The notes below the pieces were generated by a model that ran no database searches, was not told the DNA's origin, and saw nothing but the letters and a program-made list of their open reading frames with translations. From contig JBHIAV010000011.1 of assembly GCA_046758745.1 (NCBI GenBank), positions 1-64,000 on the forward strand: a stretch of DNA of 64,000 bases, written 5' to 3'. Positions 49,137 through 60,114 of this stretch are shown here, piece by piece (position 1 is the stretch's first letter; each line of letters begins with the position of its first letter). The translations under genes were made by a program, and so were the position numbers. Origin of the DNA: Gemmatimonadota bacterium (lineage in GTDB: Bacteria > Gemmatimonadota > Gemmatimonadetes > Palauibacterales > Palauibacteraceae).

Positions 49137-50681
49137 ATGGGTACCCGGAGTCCTCGCGTACGCTTCGCCCCGAGCCCGACCGGCCATCTGCACGTCGGCG
49201 GGGCGCGGACAGCCCTCTTCAACTACCTGTTCGCACGACACACGGGGGGGACGTTCCTGCTCCGCATAGAGGATACGGACCGTACACGGTCGAGCGAGGA
49301 GATGACCCAGGCCATCCTCGATGCGCTGGAGTGGCTCGACCTGGGGTTCGACGAGGAGCCGGTCCACCAGGCGGACGGGCTCGAGCGGCACCGCCGGGAC
49401 GTGTCCAGGCTGCTCCAGGCCGGGGCGGCCTATCGCTGCTTCTGCACTTCGGAAGAGCTGGAGCGACGGCGCTCCGAGTCGACCGCGCAGGGAATCGTGT
49501 ACCGTTACGACGGGCGCTGTCGCCGTCTGGATCCCGCCGCCGCCGAGCGCCGGGCGGAGAGCGGCGAGGCTTTCGCCGTTCGCTTCGCCGTGCCCGGCGG
49601 GGAGACGGCGTGGGAGGACGTGGTGCACGGGCGCACGGCATTCGCGAACACGAGCCTCGAGGATTTCGTGATCCTCCGCTCCGACGGGACCCCGGTGTAC
49701 AACCTGGCCGTCGTGTCGGACGACATCGAGATGCGCGTCTCCCACGTGATCCGCGGGGACGATCACATCTCGAACACCCCCAAGCAGATCCTCATCTACC
49801 GCGCTCTCGGCACGCCCGAGCCGACGTTCGCGCATGTCCCGATGATCCTCGGTCCCGACGGAAAGCGGCTCTCGAAGCGGCACGGGGCCACGTCGGTCGA
49901 GGCGTACCGCCAGCGGGGGATCCTCCCGGAGGCGATGGTGAACTTTCTCGCTCTCCTCGGCTGGTCCCCCGGGGACGATCGCGAGGTGATGAGCAAAGAT
50001 GAGCTCGTAGAGGCGTTCACGCTCGAGCGGATTCTGAAGAAGAGCGCCGTGTTCGACACCGAGAAGCTGGAGTGGCTGAACGGCCGGTACCTGGCCCGTG
50101 CCCCGGTCGGGCGCCTCGTCCCCCTTCTCATGGAGGTGCTGGGGCGGGTGGGGATCGGAGCGGCGGAGGTGGCGGCGGTGGGGAGGGAACGCGTGGAAGC
50201 GCTGGTCGAGCAGCTCCGGGTGCGGGCACGGACGATCGAGGAGATGGGAACGCAGGCGGCCCCCTACTTCACCGAAGGGGTCGATTACGATCCCAAGGCG
50301 GTCGCTGAGCATTGGAAAGATCCCGCGGGGACGAGGGAGACGCTTCTCGCCGTCCGCTCGATCCTCGCCTCCGTGCAGCCGTACGAGCCGAAGACGCTGG
50401 AGGCCGAGCTGCGCGATCTTGCCGCTCGAATGGGGGTGGGAGCGGGGAAGCTCATCCATCCGCTCCGCGTGGCCGTTCTCGGCGTGGCGGCGAGCCCGGG
50501 CATCTTTCAGGTGCTGTTCGTGATCGGGCGGAAGCGGTGCCTGGAGCGGATCGATCGAGCGCTCGCCCGGCTCGCGGAAAGCACCGCGTCGGATGACGGA
50601 CAAGAGACGAGCCAGAATAAGGAGGGCGCGTTGCCGGCGGACGGGGCTCAGGCGAGCGACCCTCCAGAGCCCGCCACGTGA
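49137..50681 (+). CDS. gltX: Glutamate--tRNA ligase
   Basis: RFAPSPTGHLHVGGART, LRIEDTD, RGDDHISNT, RLSKRHG. Confidence 0.95.
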   Translation: MGTRSPRVRFAPSPTGHLHVGGARTALFNYLFARHTGGTFLLRIEDTDRTRSSEEMTQAILDALEWLDLGFDEEPVHQADGLERHRRDVSRLLQAGAAYRCFCTSEELERRRSESTAQGIVYRYDGRCRRLDPAAAERRAESGEAFAVRFAVPGGETAWEDVVHGRTAFANTSLEDFVILRSDGTPVYNLAVVSDDIEMRVSHVIRGDDHISNTPKQILIYRALGTPEPTFAHVPMILGPDGKRLSKRHGATSVEAYRQRGILPEAMVNFLALLGWSPGDDREVMSKDELVEAFTLERILKKSAVFDTEKLEWLNGRYLARAPVGRLVPLLMEVLGRVGIGAAEVAAVGRERVEALVEQLRVRARTIEEMGTQAAPYFTEGVDYDPKAVAEHWKDPAGTRETLLAVRSILASVQPYEPKTLEAELRDLAARMGVGAGKLIHPLRVAVLGVAASPGIFQVLFVIGRKRCLERIDRALARLAESTASDDGQETSQNKEGALPADGAQASDPPEPAT

Positions 50682-51193
50682 ACGGATCGGCCCACGACGC
50701 GACCGGCGCCGGAGGCGTCCCGAACGCGACTTCCCCGTCTTCCCGGCCCGAAGAGGCCGACTGGATGGGGTGCGCGCTGGAGCAGGCGAGACGGGCCGCG
50801 GGACGGGGCGAGGTGCCCGTGGGCGCCGTCGTCGTCGGCCCGGCGGGACTCGTGGCGGAGGACCACAACCGCACCCGGGAGCTGGCCGACGCGACGGCCC
50901 ACGCCGAGATGCTGGTCCTGCGGCGGGCCGCCGAGCTGGCCGGCGATTGGCGGCTGCTCGACCACACCCTCTACGTGACCCTGGAGCCTTGCGCCATGTG
51001 CGCCGGCGCGATCGTGCTCTCCCGCATCCGGCGGCTCGTGTTCGGCGCCCCGGACCCGAAGGCCGGCATGTGTGGTTCGCTCGGCAACCTCGTCCAGGAC
51101 GGGCGACTGAATCATCGCGTGGATCTCGTGAGCGGTCTGCGCACCGAGGAGTGCGCGGCGCTGCTCAGGGAATTCTTCCGCGTCCGGCGGTGA
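50678..51193 (+). CDS. tadA: tRNA-specific adenosine deaminase
   Basis: GEVPVGAV, AHAE, YVTLEPCAMCAGA, DPKAG, FFR. Confidence 0.92.
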   Translation: MNGSAHDATGAGGVPNATSPSSRPEEADWMGCALEQARRAAGRGEVPVGAVVVGPAGLVAEDHNRTRELADATAHAEMLVLRRAAELAGDWRLLDHTLYVTLEPCAMCAGAIVLSRIRRLVFGAPDPKAGMCGSLGNLVQDGRLNHRVDLVSGLRTEECAALLREFFRVRR

Positions 51194-52170
51194 GACGGCG
51201 TGGGGTCGTCCTCGTTGCAGACGAGCTCCGCGAGCTCGCCGGGGACGCACCCACCTGGCCGGGTGGCCTCGAAACGATCTTCTTCGCTCTCTCGAGCGGA
51301 GCCGACTCTCGCACACTGCCCTCGGCCGGGGAGGCCGTGGGGCTCATCCCGCTCGTATCGCTCCCGGTGGGGGAGCCGCTATTAGAGGCTCTTCCCAACC
51401 TTCGCATCGTAGCCAATTACGGTGTGGGCACGGACAACATCGATCTCGCCGCTGCCGCGCGCCGCGGTGTCCTGGTGACCAACACGCCGGGAGTCCTGAC
51501 GGCGGCGACCGCCGACCTCACCTGGGCGCTTCTCCTCGCAGCGGCCCGTCGGCTGCGCGAGGGACTGAGCCTGGCCGCTGGAGGCGGGTGGTCCGGCTGG
51601 CGCCCCACGCAGCTCCTCGGCAGAGGGCTCCAGGGCCGTCTGCTCGGGATACTCGGAGCCGGCCGGATCGGAGCGGCCGTTGCCCGGCGAGCCGTCGGCT
51701 TCGGCGTGCGGGTCGGCTACTGGAGTCGCCGCGCCGCACCCGAGCTCGAGGCGGAGACAGGGGCGAAGCGTTATGAAACGCTGGAGACCCTGCTTCGAGA
51801 GGCCGACATCCTCTCCATTCACCTGCCCCTGACGACGGAGACGGAGGGACTCATCGGGGCGCGAGAGCTCGCCGCCATGAAGACGGGCGCCATCCTGGTG
51901 AACACGGCGCGTGGCGCCATCGTCCAACCCGCGGCGCTCGCCGCGGCGCTCCGCTCGGGCCATCTGGCGGGCGCCGGCCTCGACGTCTATCCGGAGGAGC
52001 CTGGGATCCCGGAGGAGCTGGTGGATCTCCCCAACGCCTTCCTGCTTCCGCACCTGGGCAGCGCCACGTGGGAAGCGAGGACGGAGATGTGGAGGCTGGC
52101 GGCGGAAAACGTGCGCCGGGTCCTGTCGGGAGAGCCGCCCCTCACGCCGGTGGGGACCCCGAAGAGCTGA
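51190..52170 (+). CDS. D-2-hydroxyacid (glyoxylate/glycerate) dehydrogenase
   Basis: GVGTDNID, NTPGVLT, GAGRIG, NTARG, LDVYPEEP, PHLGSAT; GTG overlaps tadA stop. Confidence 0.9.
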   Translation: MRRRGVVLVADELRELAGDAPTWPGGLETIFFALSSGADSRTLPSAGEAVGLIPLVSLPVGEPLLEALPNLRIVANYGVGTDNIDLAAAARRGVLVTNTPGVLTAATADLTWALLLAAARRLREGLSLAAGGGWSGWRPTQLLGRGLQGRLLGILGAGRIGAAVARRAVGFGVRVGYWSRRAAPELEAETGAKRYETLETLLREADILSIHLPLTTETEGLIGARELAAMKTGAILVNTARGAIVQPAALAAALRSGHLAGAGLDVYPEEPGIPEELVDLPNAFLLPHLGSATWEARTEMWRLAAENVRRVLSGEPPLTPVGTPKS

Positions 52171-52289
52171 CGGCCCCGTCGTGCCGCTGCCCCCGGACGG
52201 CTGCCCGGTGCCGGGGTCTCGGTCTGCGATGCCGGTGCGGCTCGCCCTCGCGCCGACGCGGGACCCGGCCCTCCGCCGCCGCGGCGGAC

Positions 52290-54383
52290 TCAGCCTCCGG
52301 TCGTCGCCTTCTCCGCCACGCGGTCCGGTGCGATCCCCTCTTCCTCGCCCGCCGAGGCCATACGCTGCACGGAGTCGAAATCCTTTCGTCCGACGAAGCG
52401 GAGGAGCAGGAAGAGCGCCGCACCGCCCAGCGCGTAGGAGAAGACGGGGGACATCCCGTACGCCGTGGGTACGTCGCCGGCCAGCATCCCGACGAGTGCC
52501 ACAACGAGGGCGTAGGGAAGCTGGGTCCGCACGTGGTCCACGTGGTCACACGCCGAGGCCATCGAGCTCAGCACCGTGGTGTCCGAGATCGGCGAGCAGT
52601 GGTCCCCGAAGATCGCCCCGGCCAGCACGGAGCTGATCCCTCCGAGGAGGAGAGTGTGATCCAGAGTGACGTCCGATCCGGCACTGCCTCCCAGCGCCAC
52701 CACGAGTGGGATCACGAGAGGGATGAGGATCGCCATGGTTCCCCACGACGTGCCGGTGGCGAACGACATGGCCGCGGCGGTGACGAAGACGAGGACGGGG
52801 ATGAGCTCGGGCGCCACGTTGCCCTGCAGCACCCCGCTCAGGTACACGCCCGTGCCGAGCGTCTCGGTCACGTCCCCCAGGGACCAGGCGAGCAGGAGGA
52901 TGACGATGGCGAGCAACATGGCCCGCATCCCGCCCAGCCACGCCTCGATGGCCGCCCGCGCGGCCATGAGGCGTTGTCCCACGACCAGGGCGATCGCCAC
53001 CAGACAGCCGGCGAGCGAGCCCCACAGGAGCGCCTTGTACGGGTCGGCAGCACCGAAGATGTCCCACAGGGATCCCGGCCCACCGTGCGACGCGCGGCCG
53101 TTGAGGTACAACCCCAAGAGCACCACGCCGACCACGGTGAGAACCGGCGCGGCCGCGTTGTACCAGCGCCGCGGCTTCCCCTCGAGCGGGTCCATCGCGC
53201 CCCCCGAGGTGTCCGCCATGAGCATCGCGCCCTCCCGATGCAGCCCGTCGCCTCGACCGGCGCGGTTCTCCGCCTTCCACATGGGGCCGAAGTCACGCTG
53301 CGTGGCGATGATGAGCGCCACCATGAGGAGGGCGAGAATCGGGTAGAATAGGTAGGGGATCGTCTGGATGAACACGTTGAACGGGCTGGCCGAGAGGAGC
53401 TCCGCCGCCGTCTCAGGTGAAGTCCCGGCCTGATGCGCGGCGCTCGCCAGGCCGTCGCCGATGAGCGAGATCTCGAACCCCACCCACGTGGAGACGAAGA
53501 CGATCGCGGTCACCGGCGCGGCCGTGGAATCCACGATGTAGGCGAGCTTTTCCCGCGACACCTTCATCCGATCGGTGATCGGCCGCATCGTGTTCCCCAC
53601 GATGAGGGTGTTCGCGTAGTCATCGAAGAAGATCGCCAGCCCCCCCAGGTAGGTGGCGAGCTGGGCTCGCCGCGGCGACGTAGCAAGCGGGCTCACCGCG
53701 TCCACGATCCCCTGCGTGCCCCCGCCCCGCGCCATCACCCCGACCATCCCGCCGAGCAACAGGGAGAAGATGATGATGGCGGCGTGGTCGGCGTCGGCGA
53801 GCGCGCTGAGGGCAAAGTGATCGATCGCCCTCATCGTCGCCGTGATCGGATTGAGGCCGGCGAAGAAGAACGCCCCGATCCACACGCCGAAGAAGAGGGA
53901 GATCACGACCTCGCGGAAGACGAGGGCGAGCGCGATGGCAACGAGCGGGGGCAGGATGCTCACCCAGCCCGGTAGCACCCACGCCTCGATCGTGAGCATC
54001 GACCCGTCGGCCTCGAGGACCAGGGAAAGGGGCGTCTCTTCCCCTCCGGTCAGATGCAGCTCCGGCAGGGCCAGCTCCTCGCCCGGAGTGAGAGTCCCTC
54101 GAGCGAGCTCCCGGCCGGTCGCCGTGAGGAGACGGAAGGAGGAGGGTGGGGCCGCGGCGTCCCGGCGCAGCGAGAGCGTAAAGCCGACGCCGGTGAGGGC
54201 GATGCGCGGCGCTTCGATCGACACGCCCTGCGCGGCGTCCTGGGGCGTCGGGGCCGGCACCGACCGAGCGGTCTTCTGCGGTGGCGCACTCCCCGGCGGC
54301 CTGCCAGCCGCCTTCGCGGCGGTCTGGCCGGAGAGCGCGGCGAGGACCAGGACGACCAACAGTGCGACGGCGCTGCGCGGCAT
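52290..54383 (-). CDS. NhaC-family Na+/H+ antiporter-like transporter with N-terminal extension
   Basis: FFDDYANTL, REKLAYIVDSTAAP, FATGTSWGT, GDHCSPISDTT, HVRTQLPYA. Confidence 0.9.
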   Translation of the reverse strand: MPRSAVALLVVLVLAALSGQTAAKAAGRPPGSAPPQKTARSVPAPTPQDAAQGVSIEAPRIALTGVGFTLSLRRDAAAPPSSFRLLTATGRELARGTLTPGEELALPELHLTGGEETPLSLVLEADGSMLTIEAWVLPGWVSILPPLVAIALALVFREVVISLFFGVWIGAFFFAGLNPITATMRAIDHFALSALADADHAAIIIFSLLLGGMVGVMARGGGTQGIVDAVSPLATSPRRAQLATYLGGLAIFFDDYANTLIVGNTMRPITDRMKVSREKLAYIVDSTAAPVTAIVFVSTWVGFEISLIGDGLASAAHQAGTSPETAAELLSASPFNVFIQTIPYLFYPILALLMVALIIATQRDFGPMWKAENRAGRGDGLHREGAMLMADTSGGAMDPLEGKPRRWYNAAAPVLTVVGVVLLGLYLNGRASHGGPGSLWDIFGAADPYKALLWGSLAGCLVAIALVVGQRLMAARAAIEAWLGGMRAMLLAIVILLLAWSLGDVTETLGTGVYLSGVLQGNVAPELIPVLVFVTAAAMSFATGTSWGTMAILIPLVIPLVVALGGSAGSDVTLDHTLLLGGISSVLAGAIFGDHCSPISDTTVLSSMASACDHVDHVRTQLPYALVVALVGMLAGDVPTAYGMSPVFSYALGGAALFLLLRFVGRKDFDSVQRMASAGEEEGIAPDRVAEKATTGG

Positions 54384-54498
54384 GGATCCCTCGGCGCTCT
54401 GGAGCGGTCGTCCCCAGGCGTGCGACCACCCGTGTCGGCCCGACATTCAAGTGCGAGAGAGTAGACAGCATGGGGCGAATTGTAAAGAAAGCGCGGCG

Positions 54499-54527
54499 TT
54501 GATACTCCGTATCGCCTCCCGTATACT
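54499..54527 (+). promoter_or_regulatory. sigma70 promoter of pyrR-pyrB-pyrC
   Basis: TTGATA, 17-bp spacer, TATACT. Confidence 0.7.
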
Positions 54528-54582
54528 CTGGCCGGCCCGAAGGGACGTTCACCCCGTGCGGGAAGGGAAGAATACGCCGCCC

Positions 54583-55137
54583 TTGACAGCCACCCGGACC
54601 CCCAGGGTCCTGCTCGACGCCGCGGGCGTCGAGCAAACCCTGCTTCGACTGGCCCGCCGGATCGCGGAGTGGGGAGAGACATCCGACCTGTTGCTGGTCG
54701 GTATCCGGCGGCGCGGTGCGGAACTGGCCGATCGCCTCGCCCGCGCGCTGTCCGAGATCGGGGTCGGCCCGATCCCCACCGGTTCCTTGGACATCACGCT
54801 CTACCGCGACGACTTCGCCCAGATCGGTCCCCGTCCGCTCATCGGCACCACCGAGATCCCCGGCGATATCACCGGGCGCCGTGTGGTGATCGTGGATGAC
54901 GTCCTGCATACCGGGCGAACGGTCCGGGCGGCCCTGAACGAACTGGCGGACTTCGGACGGGCCCGCCGGATCGAGCTGTGCGCTCTGGTCGACCGTGGCG
55001 GACGGGAGCTCCCCATCCGGGCCGATCACGTCGGCCTCTCCGTCGACGTCGGGTCGGGCGAGGAAGTGGCGGTGCGGGTCCCCGAGCTGGACGGCGAACT
55101 GGCGGTCGCCATAGTGCCGGTGGGAGGATCGGTGTGA
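54583..55137 (+). CDS. pyrR: Bifunctional pyr regulator / uracil phosphoribosyltransferase
   Basis: [43 protein letters not shown] start inferred. Confidence 0.93.
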   Translation: MTATRTPRVLLDAAGVEQTLLRLARRIAEWGETSDLLLVGIRRRGAELADRLARALSEIGVGPIPTGSLDITLYRDDFAQIGPRPLIGTTEIPGDITGRRVVIVDDVLHTGRTVRAALNELADFGRARRIELCALVDRGGRELPIRADHVGLSVDVGSGEEVAVRVPELDGELAVAIVPVGGSV

Positions 55138-56108
55138 GCGCGCCGGTCTCGGCGAGTCCCCTCGGGAAGGATCTGATCGGCCTCGAGCCCCTCTCCACGG
55201 CACACATCCGGGCCATTCTCGACACGGCGGAGCCGTTCAAGGAGATCAGCGAGCGCAGGATCAAGAAGGTACCGGTGCTGCGCGGCAAGACGATCGTGAA
55301 CCTCTTCTTCGAGCCCTCCACCCGTACCCGCATCTCCTTCGAGTTCGCCGAGAAGCGGTTGAGCGCCGATACGGTCAACATCAGCGCGAGCGGGTCCTCG
55401 GTGCAGAAGGGCGAGACGCTGGTCGACACGGCCCGTAACCTCGAGGCGATGCGGATCGATATGGTCGTCATCCGTCACGGCTCCTCCGGGGCGGCCCAGT
55501 TCCTGGCCGATCGGATTCCGTCGAACGTCATCAACGCGGGAGACGGCCAGCATGAGCATCCGACTCAGGGGCTCCTCGACCTCCTCACCCTGCGCGACCG
55601 CTTCGGCGATCTGAAGGGCCGCCGGGTGTGCATCGTGGGAGACATCCGCCACTCCCGCGTCGCGCGGTCGAACATCTGGGGCCTCTTGAAACTGGGGGCC
55701 GAGGTGGCCGTGTGCGGACCGAAGAGCCTCATCCCGCGTGGGATCGAGGCGCTCGGCGTTCACGTCTTCGCCCACATCGAGGAGGCGATTCAGTGGAGCG
55801 ACGCGCTCAACGTCCTCCGCCTCCAGCTCGAGCGGATGGACGCCGGTTACATCCCGTCGCTGCGGGAATACAACCGGGTGTTCGGCGTGTCGCGAGCACG
55901 GCTGGGGAAAGCGCCGCGCGACGTCTTGGTGCTACACCCCGGACCGATGAACCGGGGCGTGGAGATCGACTCTGACGTGGCGGACGGACCGCACTCGGTC
56001 ATTCTGCCCCAGGTGACCAACGGGGTGGCCGTACGGATGGCCGTCCTCTACCTCCTCTCCGGCGGCCGACCCGAGCTGGCGGAGTCCGCGAAACGGGGGA
56101 GGGCGTGA
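55134..56108 (+). CDS. pyrB: Aspartate carbamoyltransferase catalytic subunit
   Basis: [33 protein letters not shown]. Confidence 0.96.
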   Translation: MSAPVSASPLGKDLIGLEPLSTAHIRAILDTAEPFKEISERRIKKVPVLRGKTIVNLFFEPSTRTRISFEFAEKRLSADTVNISASGSSVQKGETLVDTARNLEAMRIDMVVIRHGSSGAAQFLADRIPSNVINAGDGQHEHPTQGLLDLLTLRDRFGDLKGRRVCIVGDIRHSRVARSNIWGLLKLGAEVAVCGPKSLIPRGIEALGVHVFAHIEEAIQWSDALNVLRLQLERMDAGYIPSLREYNRVFGVSRARLGKAPRDVLVLHPGPMNRGVEIDSDVADGPHSVILPQVTNGVAVRMAVLYLLSGGRPELAESAKRGRA

Positions 56109-57445
56109 TCCGCCCGTTCCTCCTGCGTGGTGGCCGGGTGGTCGACCCGTCACAGGGGCTGGACCGCAAGGCTGACCTCCTGGTAGTGGATGGCCGCATC
56201 ACCGCGGTCGAGAGCTCTCTTACCGGGCCCGAGGCGGCCGAGATCATCGACGTGAGCGGCCTCGTCGTCGCCCCTGGCTTCATCGACCTCCACGTTCACC
56301 TGCGCGAGCCGGGGGGCGAGCACAAGGAAACGATCCTGACCGGAGCTAGAGCGGCTGCCGCCGGCGGCTTCACCACGGTGTGGGCGATGCCGAACACGGA
56401 CCCGCCGATCGACGACCCGGCGGCGGTCGGCTTCGTTCGGGCCGCCGGCGAGCGCGCGGAGGGAGCGAGGGTCTTGCCGGTTGGAGCCGCTTCCGTGGGC
56501 CGCCTTGGCGAGCGGATGACGGAGGTGGGAGAGCTCGTGATGGCCGGTGCAGTGGCTGTCTCCGACGACGGCTCTCCGATCTCGGACTCGGGGTTGATGC
56601 GCCGACTACTCGAATACACCCAGACGTTCGGCGTTCCCCTCCTCCAGCACGCCGAGGACCTGCGCCTGTCGGCAGACGGCGTGATGAACGAGGGCGTGGT
56701 GGCCACGGCACTGGGCCTCCGGGGGATCCCCAACGCGGCCGAGGCGGCTATGGTAGCCCGGGACATCTACCTCGCCGAGCTCACGGGCGGCCACCTCCAC
56801 GTGTGCCACGTCTCCACGCAAGAGGCGGTCGAGCAGCTCCGCCTGGCACGAGAGCGAGGAGTGCGGGTGACCTCCGAGGTCACCCCGCACCACCTGGCGC
56901 TCACCGAGGAAGCGGTGCGGGGATACAACACGGAGGCGAAAGTCAACCCTCCGCTCCGTACGGAGCGGGACCGAGCGGCGCTCAGGCAGGCCCTGGCGGA
57001 GGGCGTGATCGATGTCATCGCGACCGACCACGCACCGCACCACTACGAGGAGAAGGAACGCGAGTTCGACGACGCTCCGTTCGGGATTGACGGTTTGGAG
57101 ACCGCGTTCGGCTTGGTCATGCAGGAGATGGTAATCCCGGGCCACCTCACGCTCCCGGCGCTCATCGACCGGTTTTCCTGCACCCCGGCACGCATCATGA
57201 AGCTGGAGGGGGGCACGTTGCGTCCGGGAGCGCCGGCTGACATTGTCGTTCTGGATCCGGAGGAGCGCTGGATCGTGGATCCCGCCTCCTTCCGGTCGCG
57301 TAGCCTCAACACGCCGATCGCCGGCTGGGAGCTGACGGGAAGGGTCCGGCGGACGATCGTCGGCGGTCGGACGCGGTACGTGGCCGGGACGGCGTCGAAC
57401 GCCCTCCCTGCCTCCGAGCTCTCTGAAAACAGTGCAGCACGATGA
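56105..57445 (+). CDS. pyrC: Dihydroorotase
   Basis: [35 protein letters not shown]. Confidence 0.94.
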   Translation: MIRPFLLRGGRVVDPSQGLDRKADLLVVDGRITAVESSLTGPEAAEIIDVSGLVVAPGFIDLHVHLREPGGEHKETILTGARAAAAGGFTTVWAMPNTDPPIDDPAAVGFVRAAGERAEGARVLPVGAASVGRLGERMTEVGELVMAGAVAVSDDGSPISDSGLMRRLLEYTQTFGVPLLQHAEDLRLSADGVMNEGVVATALGLRGIPNAAEAAMVARDIYLAELTGGHLHVCHVSTQEAVEQLRLARERGVRVTSEVTPHHLALTEEAVRGYNTEAKVNPPLRTERDRAALRQALAEGVIDVIATDHAPHHYEEKEREFDDAPFGIDGLETAFGLVMQEMVIPGHLTLPALIDRFSCTPARIMKLEGGTLRPGAPADIVVLDPEERWIVDPASFRSRSLNTPIAGWELTGRVRRTIVGGRTRYVAGTASNALPASELSENSAAR

Positions 57446-58152
57446 CGAAAGACAGCCTCACCTCGGAGCCCGTGGAGTCCGTGACGGTTCCGGCCGAGAT
57501 CCAGCAGCTGCTCAAGGACCGGGCGACCTTTCAGGGCTGGCTGGACAAGCTCTCCGGGCTCAGCCAGAGGTTCCGTCCGGAGGTAGCGACTCGGGTCGAG
57601 CAAGACTACCGGGAGCGGCTCAAACGGGTCGAGTCCGAGCTCGCCTCCCACCGCGCGGAGATCGAGAGCACGCTGGCGGAGCGGCGGAGCCAGGCGCGTG
57701 AGCTGGCGGACCGGCGCGATCAACGAGCGGCCGAGCTCGAAGAGGTCGAGCTTCGCCACGCCGTCGGCGAGCTCCCGGACCGAGACTGGGAGAGGCAGCG
57801 ACGGGGGCACGAGGAGGCCCTGGCCGGACTCGACCGCTCCATCGAGAGGGAGCAGCGCGCGGTGACCGAGCTGGAGGGGATCTTGGCCGACCTGTCCGGA
57901 GACGGTCGGCCGACCGGTGCGCCGGAGCCGCGTGCTTCGGAGGCTCCGGCTGGCGAAGGGCCCGCGGCCTCAGAAGTGGAAGAGGCAGCTGCTTCCGCGG
58001 AGGAGGAACCAGCCGCCGCGGCCGCCTCGCAAGAGGGCGATCTCCTCGACGAGCTCGAGTTCCTCGACTCCCTCTCTCTCCAGGACGCCGGGCGCTTTGA
58101 CGCGGTTTCCCGCATGCTGGAGGAGGCCGAGGAGCCGCGACCGGAGCGCTGA
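57442..58152 (+). CDS. Hypothetical coiled-coil protein
   Basis: ATGA overlap with pyrC stop; E/R/L-rich heptads and acidic tail. Confidence 0.7.
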   Translation: MTKDSLTSEPVESVTVPAEIQQLLKDRATFQGWLDKLSGLSQRFRPEVATRVEQDYRERLKRVESELASHRAEIESTLAERRSQARELADRRDQRAAELEEVELRHAVGELPDRDWERQRRGHEEALAGLDRSIEREQRAVTELEGILADLSGDGRPTGAPEPRASEAPAGEGPAASEVEEAAASAEEEPAAAAASQEGDLLDELEFLDSLSLQDAGRFDAVSRMLEEAEEPRPER

Positions 58153-58327
58153 GAGCACCGGCCCGACGGTTGGGGAACGGCCGGAGTCGCCACCTGGGGG
58201 AGGAGCCCGGCCAGGTCCCTGCCCGGGGGCGGCCGGCCTCACTTCGCCGCGCGCGAGCGGTCGCAACGAAAAGACCCGCGCCCCTTGGGGGAGCACGGGG
58301 CCGCGCCGCGCCAGGGCGGATCCGGCC

Positions 58328-58585
58328 TCAGTCGCTCAGCTTCCGGACGTAGCGCGCGAAGCGCGACTTCTGCCTGGCCGCAGCGTTCGGGTGCATGATC
58401 CGCTTTCGCGCGGCACGGTCGAGAAGTGAGGTGAGCCGGCGAAGCACCGGTTCGGCCTCGGTCGCCGACGTCATCCCGAACAGCTTGCGCGTGCGGGTGC
58501 GGATCTCCGATCGTATGGTGCGGTTGTGCGCGCGCCGCTTGAAGGACTGACGCAGCCGCTTCTTGGCGCTCTTGATATTCGGCAC
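58328..58585 (-). CDS. rpsT: 30S ribosomal protein S20
   Basis: (M)PNIKSAKKRLRQS..RRAHNR..RS, LDRAARK.IMHPNAAARQKSR. Confidence 0.95.
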   Translation of the reverse strand: MPNIKSAKKRLRQSFKRRAHNRTIRSEIRTRTRKLFGMTSATEAEPVLRRLTSLLDRAARKRIMHPNAAARQKSRFARYVRKLSD

Positions 58586-58669
58586 TGAATTCGGTTCCTT
58601 CCTCTCGACTCGAAGACGAAGCGAAGCCACAGGATACCGGAAGGATCGTTCGAGAGCAAGGCGGAGTGA

Positions 58670-59332
58670 TTGGACAGCGTAGCCCAGCTGGTGCTGGTTC
58701 TTCCCGTCCTCCTCATCTCTGTGGTGGCGCACGAGTATGCACATGCCCGCGTGGCGCTCTGGCAGGGAGATCACACCGCGGCGATGCTGGGACGGGTAAC
58801 CCTCAATCCGCTCGTCCATATCGATCCGGTGGGCACGTTTCTCGTGCCGGTCGTCCTGTGGCTCCTTCCCGGCGGGTTCATCTTCGGGTGGGCGAGGCCG
58901 GTCCCCATCAACTCGCGCAACTTCCGGGACTATCGGCGCGGAGACCTCCTCGTTTCGGCAGCCGGAGTGGCGGCGAACTTCGCCCTGGCCGTGGCGTGCA
59001 CGCTGCTCCTGGTCGTGCTCACGCACCTCGGGCGGGCCTGGTCGAGCGGGACCGGCGCGATCGAGCCGCTGTTTCTGATGGCCCGATTCGGCCTCTTCTT
59101 CAACCTCCTTCTCGGCGTGTTCAACCTGATCCCCGTGCCACCGCTGGATGGCTCCCACCTGCTGTATCACCTGCTGCCCCCGCATCTCGGGGCGCGGTAC
59201 CGTGAGCTCGGCCGCTACAGCGCGGTGCTCTTGCTCGCTGTTCTCGTATTCCCTGGCCTCCTCACGGCAATCCTCCTCCCGGTGGATCTTCTGATGGGGC
59301 TGGCCGAGGCGGTGATAGGGCTGCTGGTATGA
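58670..59332 (+). CDS. Site-2 protease (M50) family protein
   Basis: HEYAH, TLNPLVHIDP, GWARPVP, FNLIPVPPLDG. Confidence 0.92.
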   Translation: MDSVAQLVLVLPVLLISVVAHEYAHARVALWQGDHTAAMLGRVTLNPLVHIDPVGTFLVPVVLWLLPGGFIFGWARPVPINSRNFRDYRRGDLLVSAAGVAANFALAVACTLLLVVLTHLGRAWSSGTGAIEPLFLMARFGLFFNLLLGVFNLIPVPPLDGSHLLYHLLPPHLGARYRELGRYSAVLLLAVLVFPGLLTAILLPVDLLMGLAEAVIGLLV

Positions 59333-60114
59333 CCTCGACCGCGACGATGCCTGCCCGGGGCGCGGTGCTCGACCGAGTCGAGCCCTTCGTGGTGGAGCTC
59401 GAGCGGTTCCATGGTCCCCTGGATCTCCTCCTTCATCTCATTCGGTCCCAGGACATCGACATCTTCGACATCCCGATTGCCTGCATCACGGAGCAGTTCC
59501 AGGCTGCCCTGGCGGAGGGGATCGAGCGCATCAGCCTGGAGCGAGCGGGAGAGTTCCTGGAGATGGCCGCCACGCTGGTACGCATCAAGGCGCAGCTTCT
59601 TCTCCCGCGTCCGGAGGGCTTCGAGTGGGAGGAGGATCCGCGCACCGAGCTGGTGCGCCGCCTGCTCGAATACGAGCACTTCCAGGATATCGCCCGGGTG
59701 CTCACGGCCTCGGAAGCGGAGCGCGGCCGGCACTTCGGCAAAGGATACGTGGAGCCGCGACGGGCCCCGATGGTACTCCGCGAGGCGTTGCGGTTGACCC
59801 TACAGGAGTTCCTGAAGGTGGCGTCGCGTATCCCCGAACCCGGCCCGCCCGAAGTGCACCTCGCTCCTGTGCGCACCGTGACCGTAGAGGAGAAGATCTC
59901 CCTCGTGCAGCGCTTCCTGCGGGAGGTGAAACGCCTCGCCTTCGAACGACTCTTCGCGCAGTGGGGAACCCGCGCCCATGCCGTCGCGTCGCTCCTCGCA
60001 TGCCTCGAGCTGGCTCGCCGACAGCTGCTGCGCATCGAGCAGGTAAAGCCGTTCGCCTCGATCTGGCTCCTGCACCCGAAGCGTCGGTCCCGGTCCAGCG
60101 GTGAGGCGCCGTGA
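59329..60114 (+). CDS. scpA: Segregation and condensation protein A
   Basis: FHGPLDLLLHLI, IDIFDIPI, EFLEMAATLVRIKA.LLLP, LELAR. Confidence 0.92.
   Translation: MTSTATMPARGAVLDRVEPFVVELERFHGPLDLLLHLIRSQDIDIFDIPIACITEQFQAALAEGIERISLERAGEFLEMAATLVRIKAQLLLPRPEGFEWEEDPRTELVRRLLEYEHFQDIARVLTASEAERGRHFGKGYVEPRRAPMVLREALRLTLQEFLKVASRIPEPGPPEVHLAPVRTVTVEEKISLVQRFLREVKRLAFERLFAQWGTRAHAVASLLACLELARRQLLRIEQVKPFASIWLLHPKRRSRSSGEAP

Noticed and set aside
54528-54582. PyrR-binding attenuator
   Set aside because: No ARUCCxGxGAGG-type binding loop or terminator hairpin with U-tract recognisable in the short leader
58269-58306. Rho-independent terminator after rpsT
   Set aside because: Stem is imperfect with a large loop and only a short U-tract; plausible but not supportable
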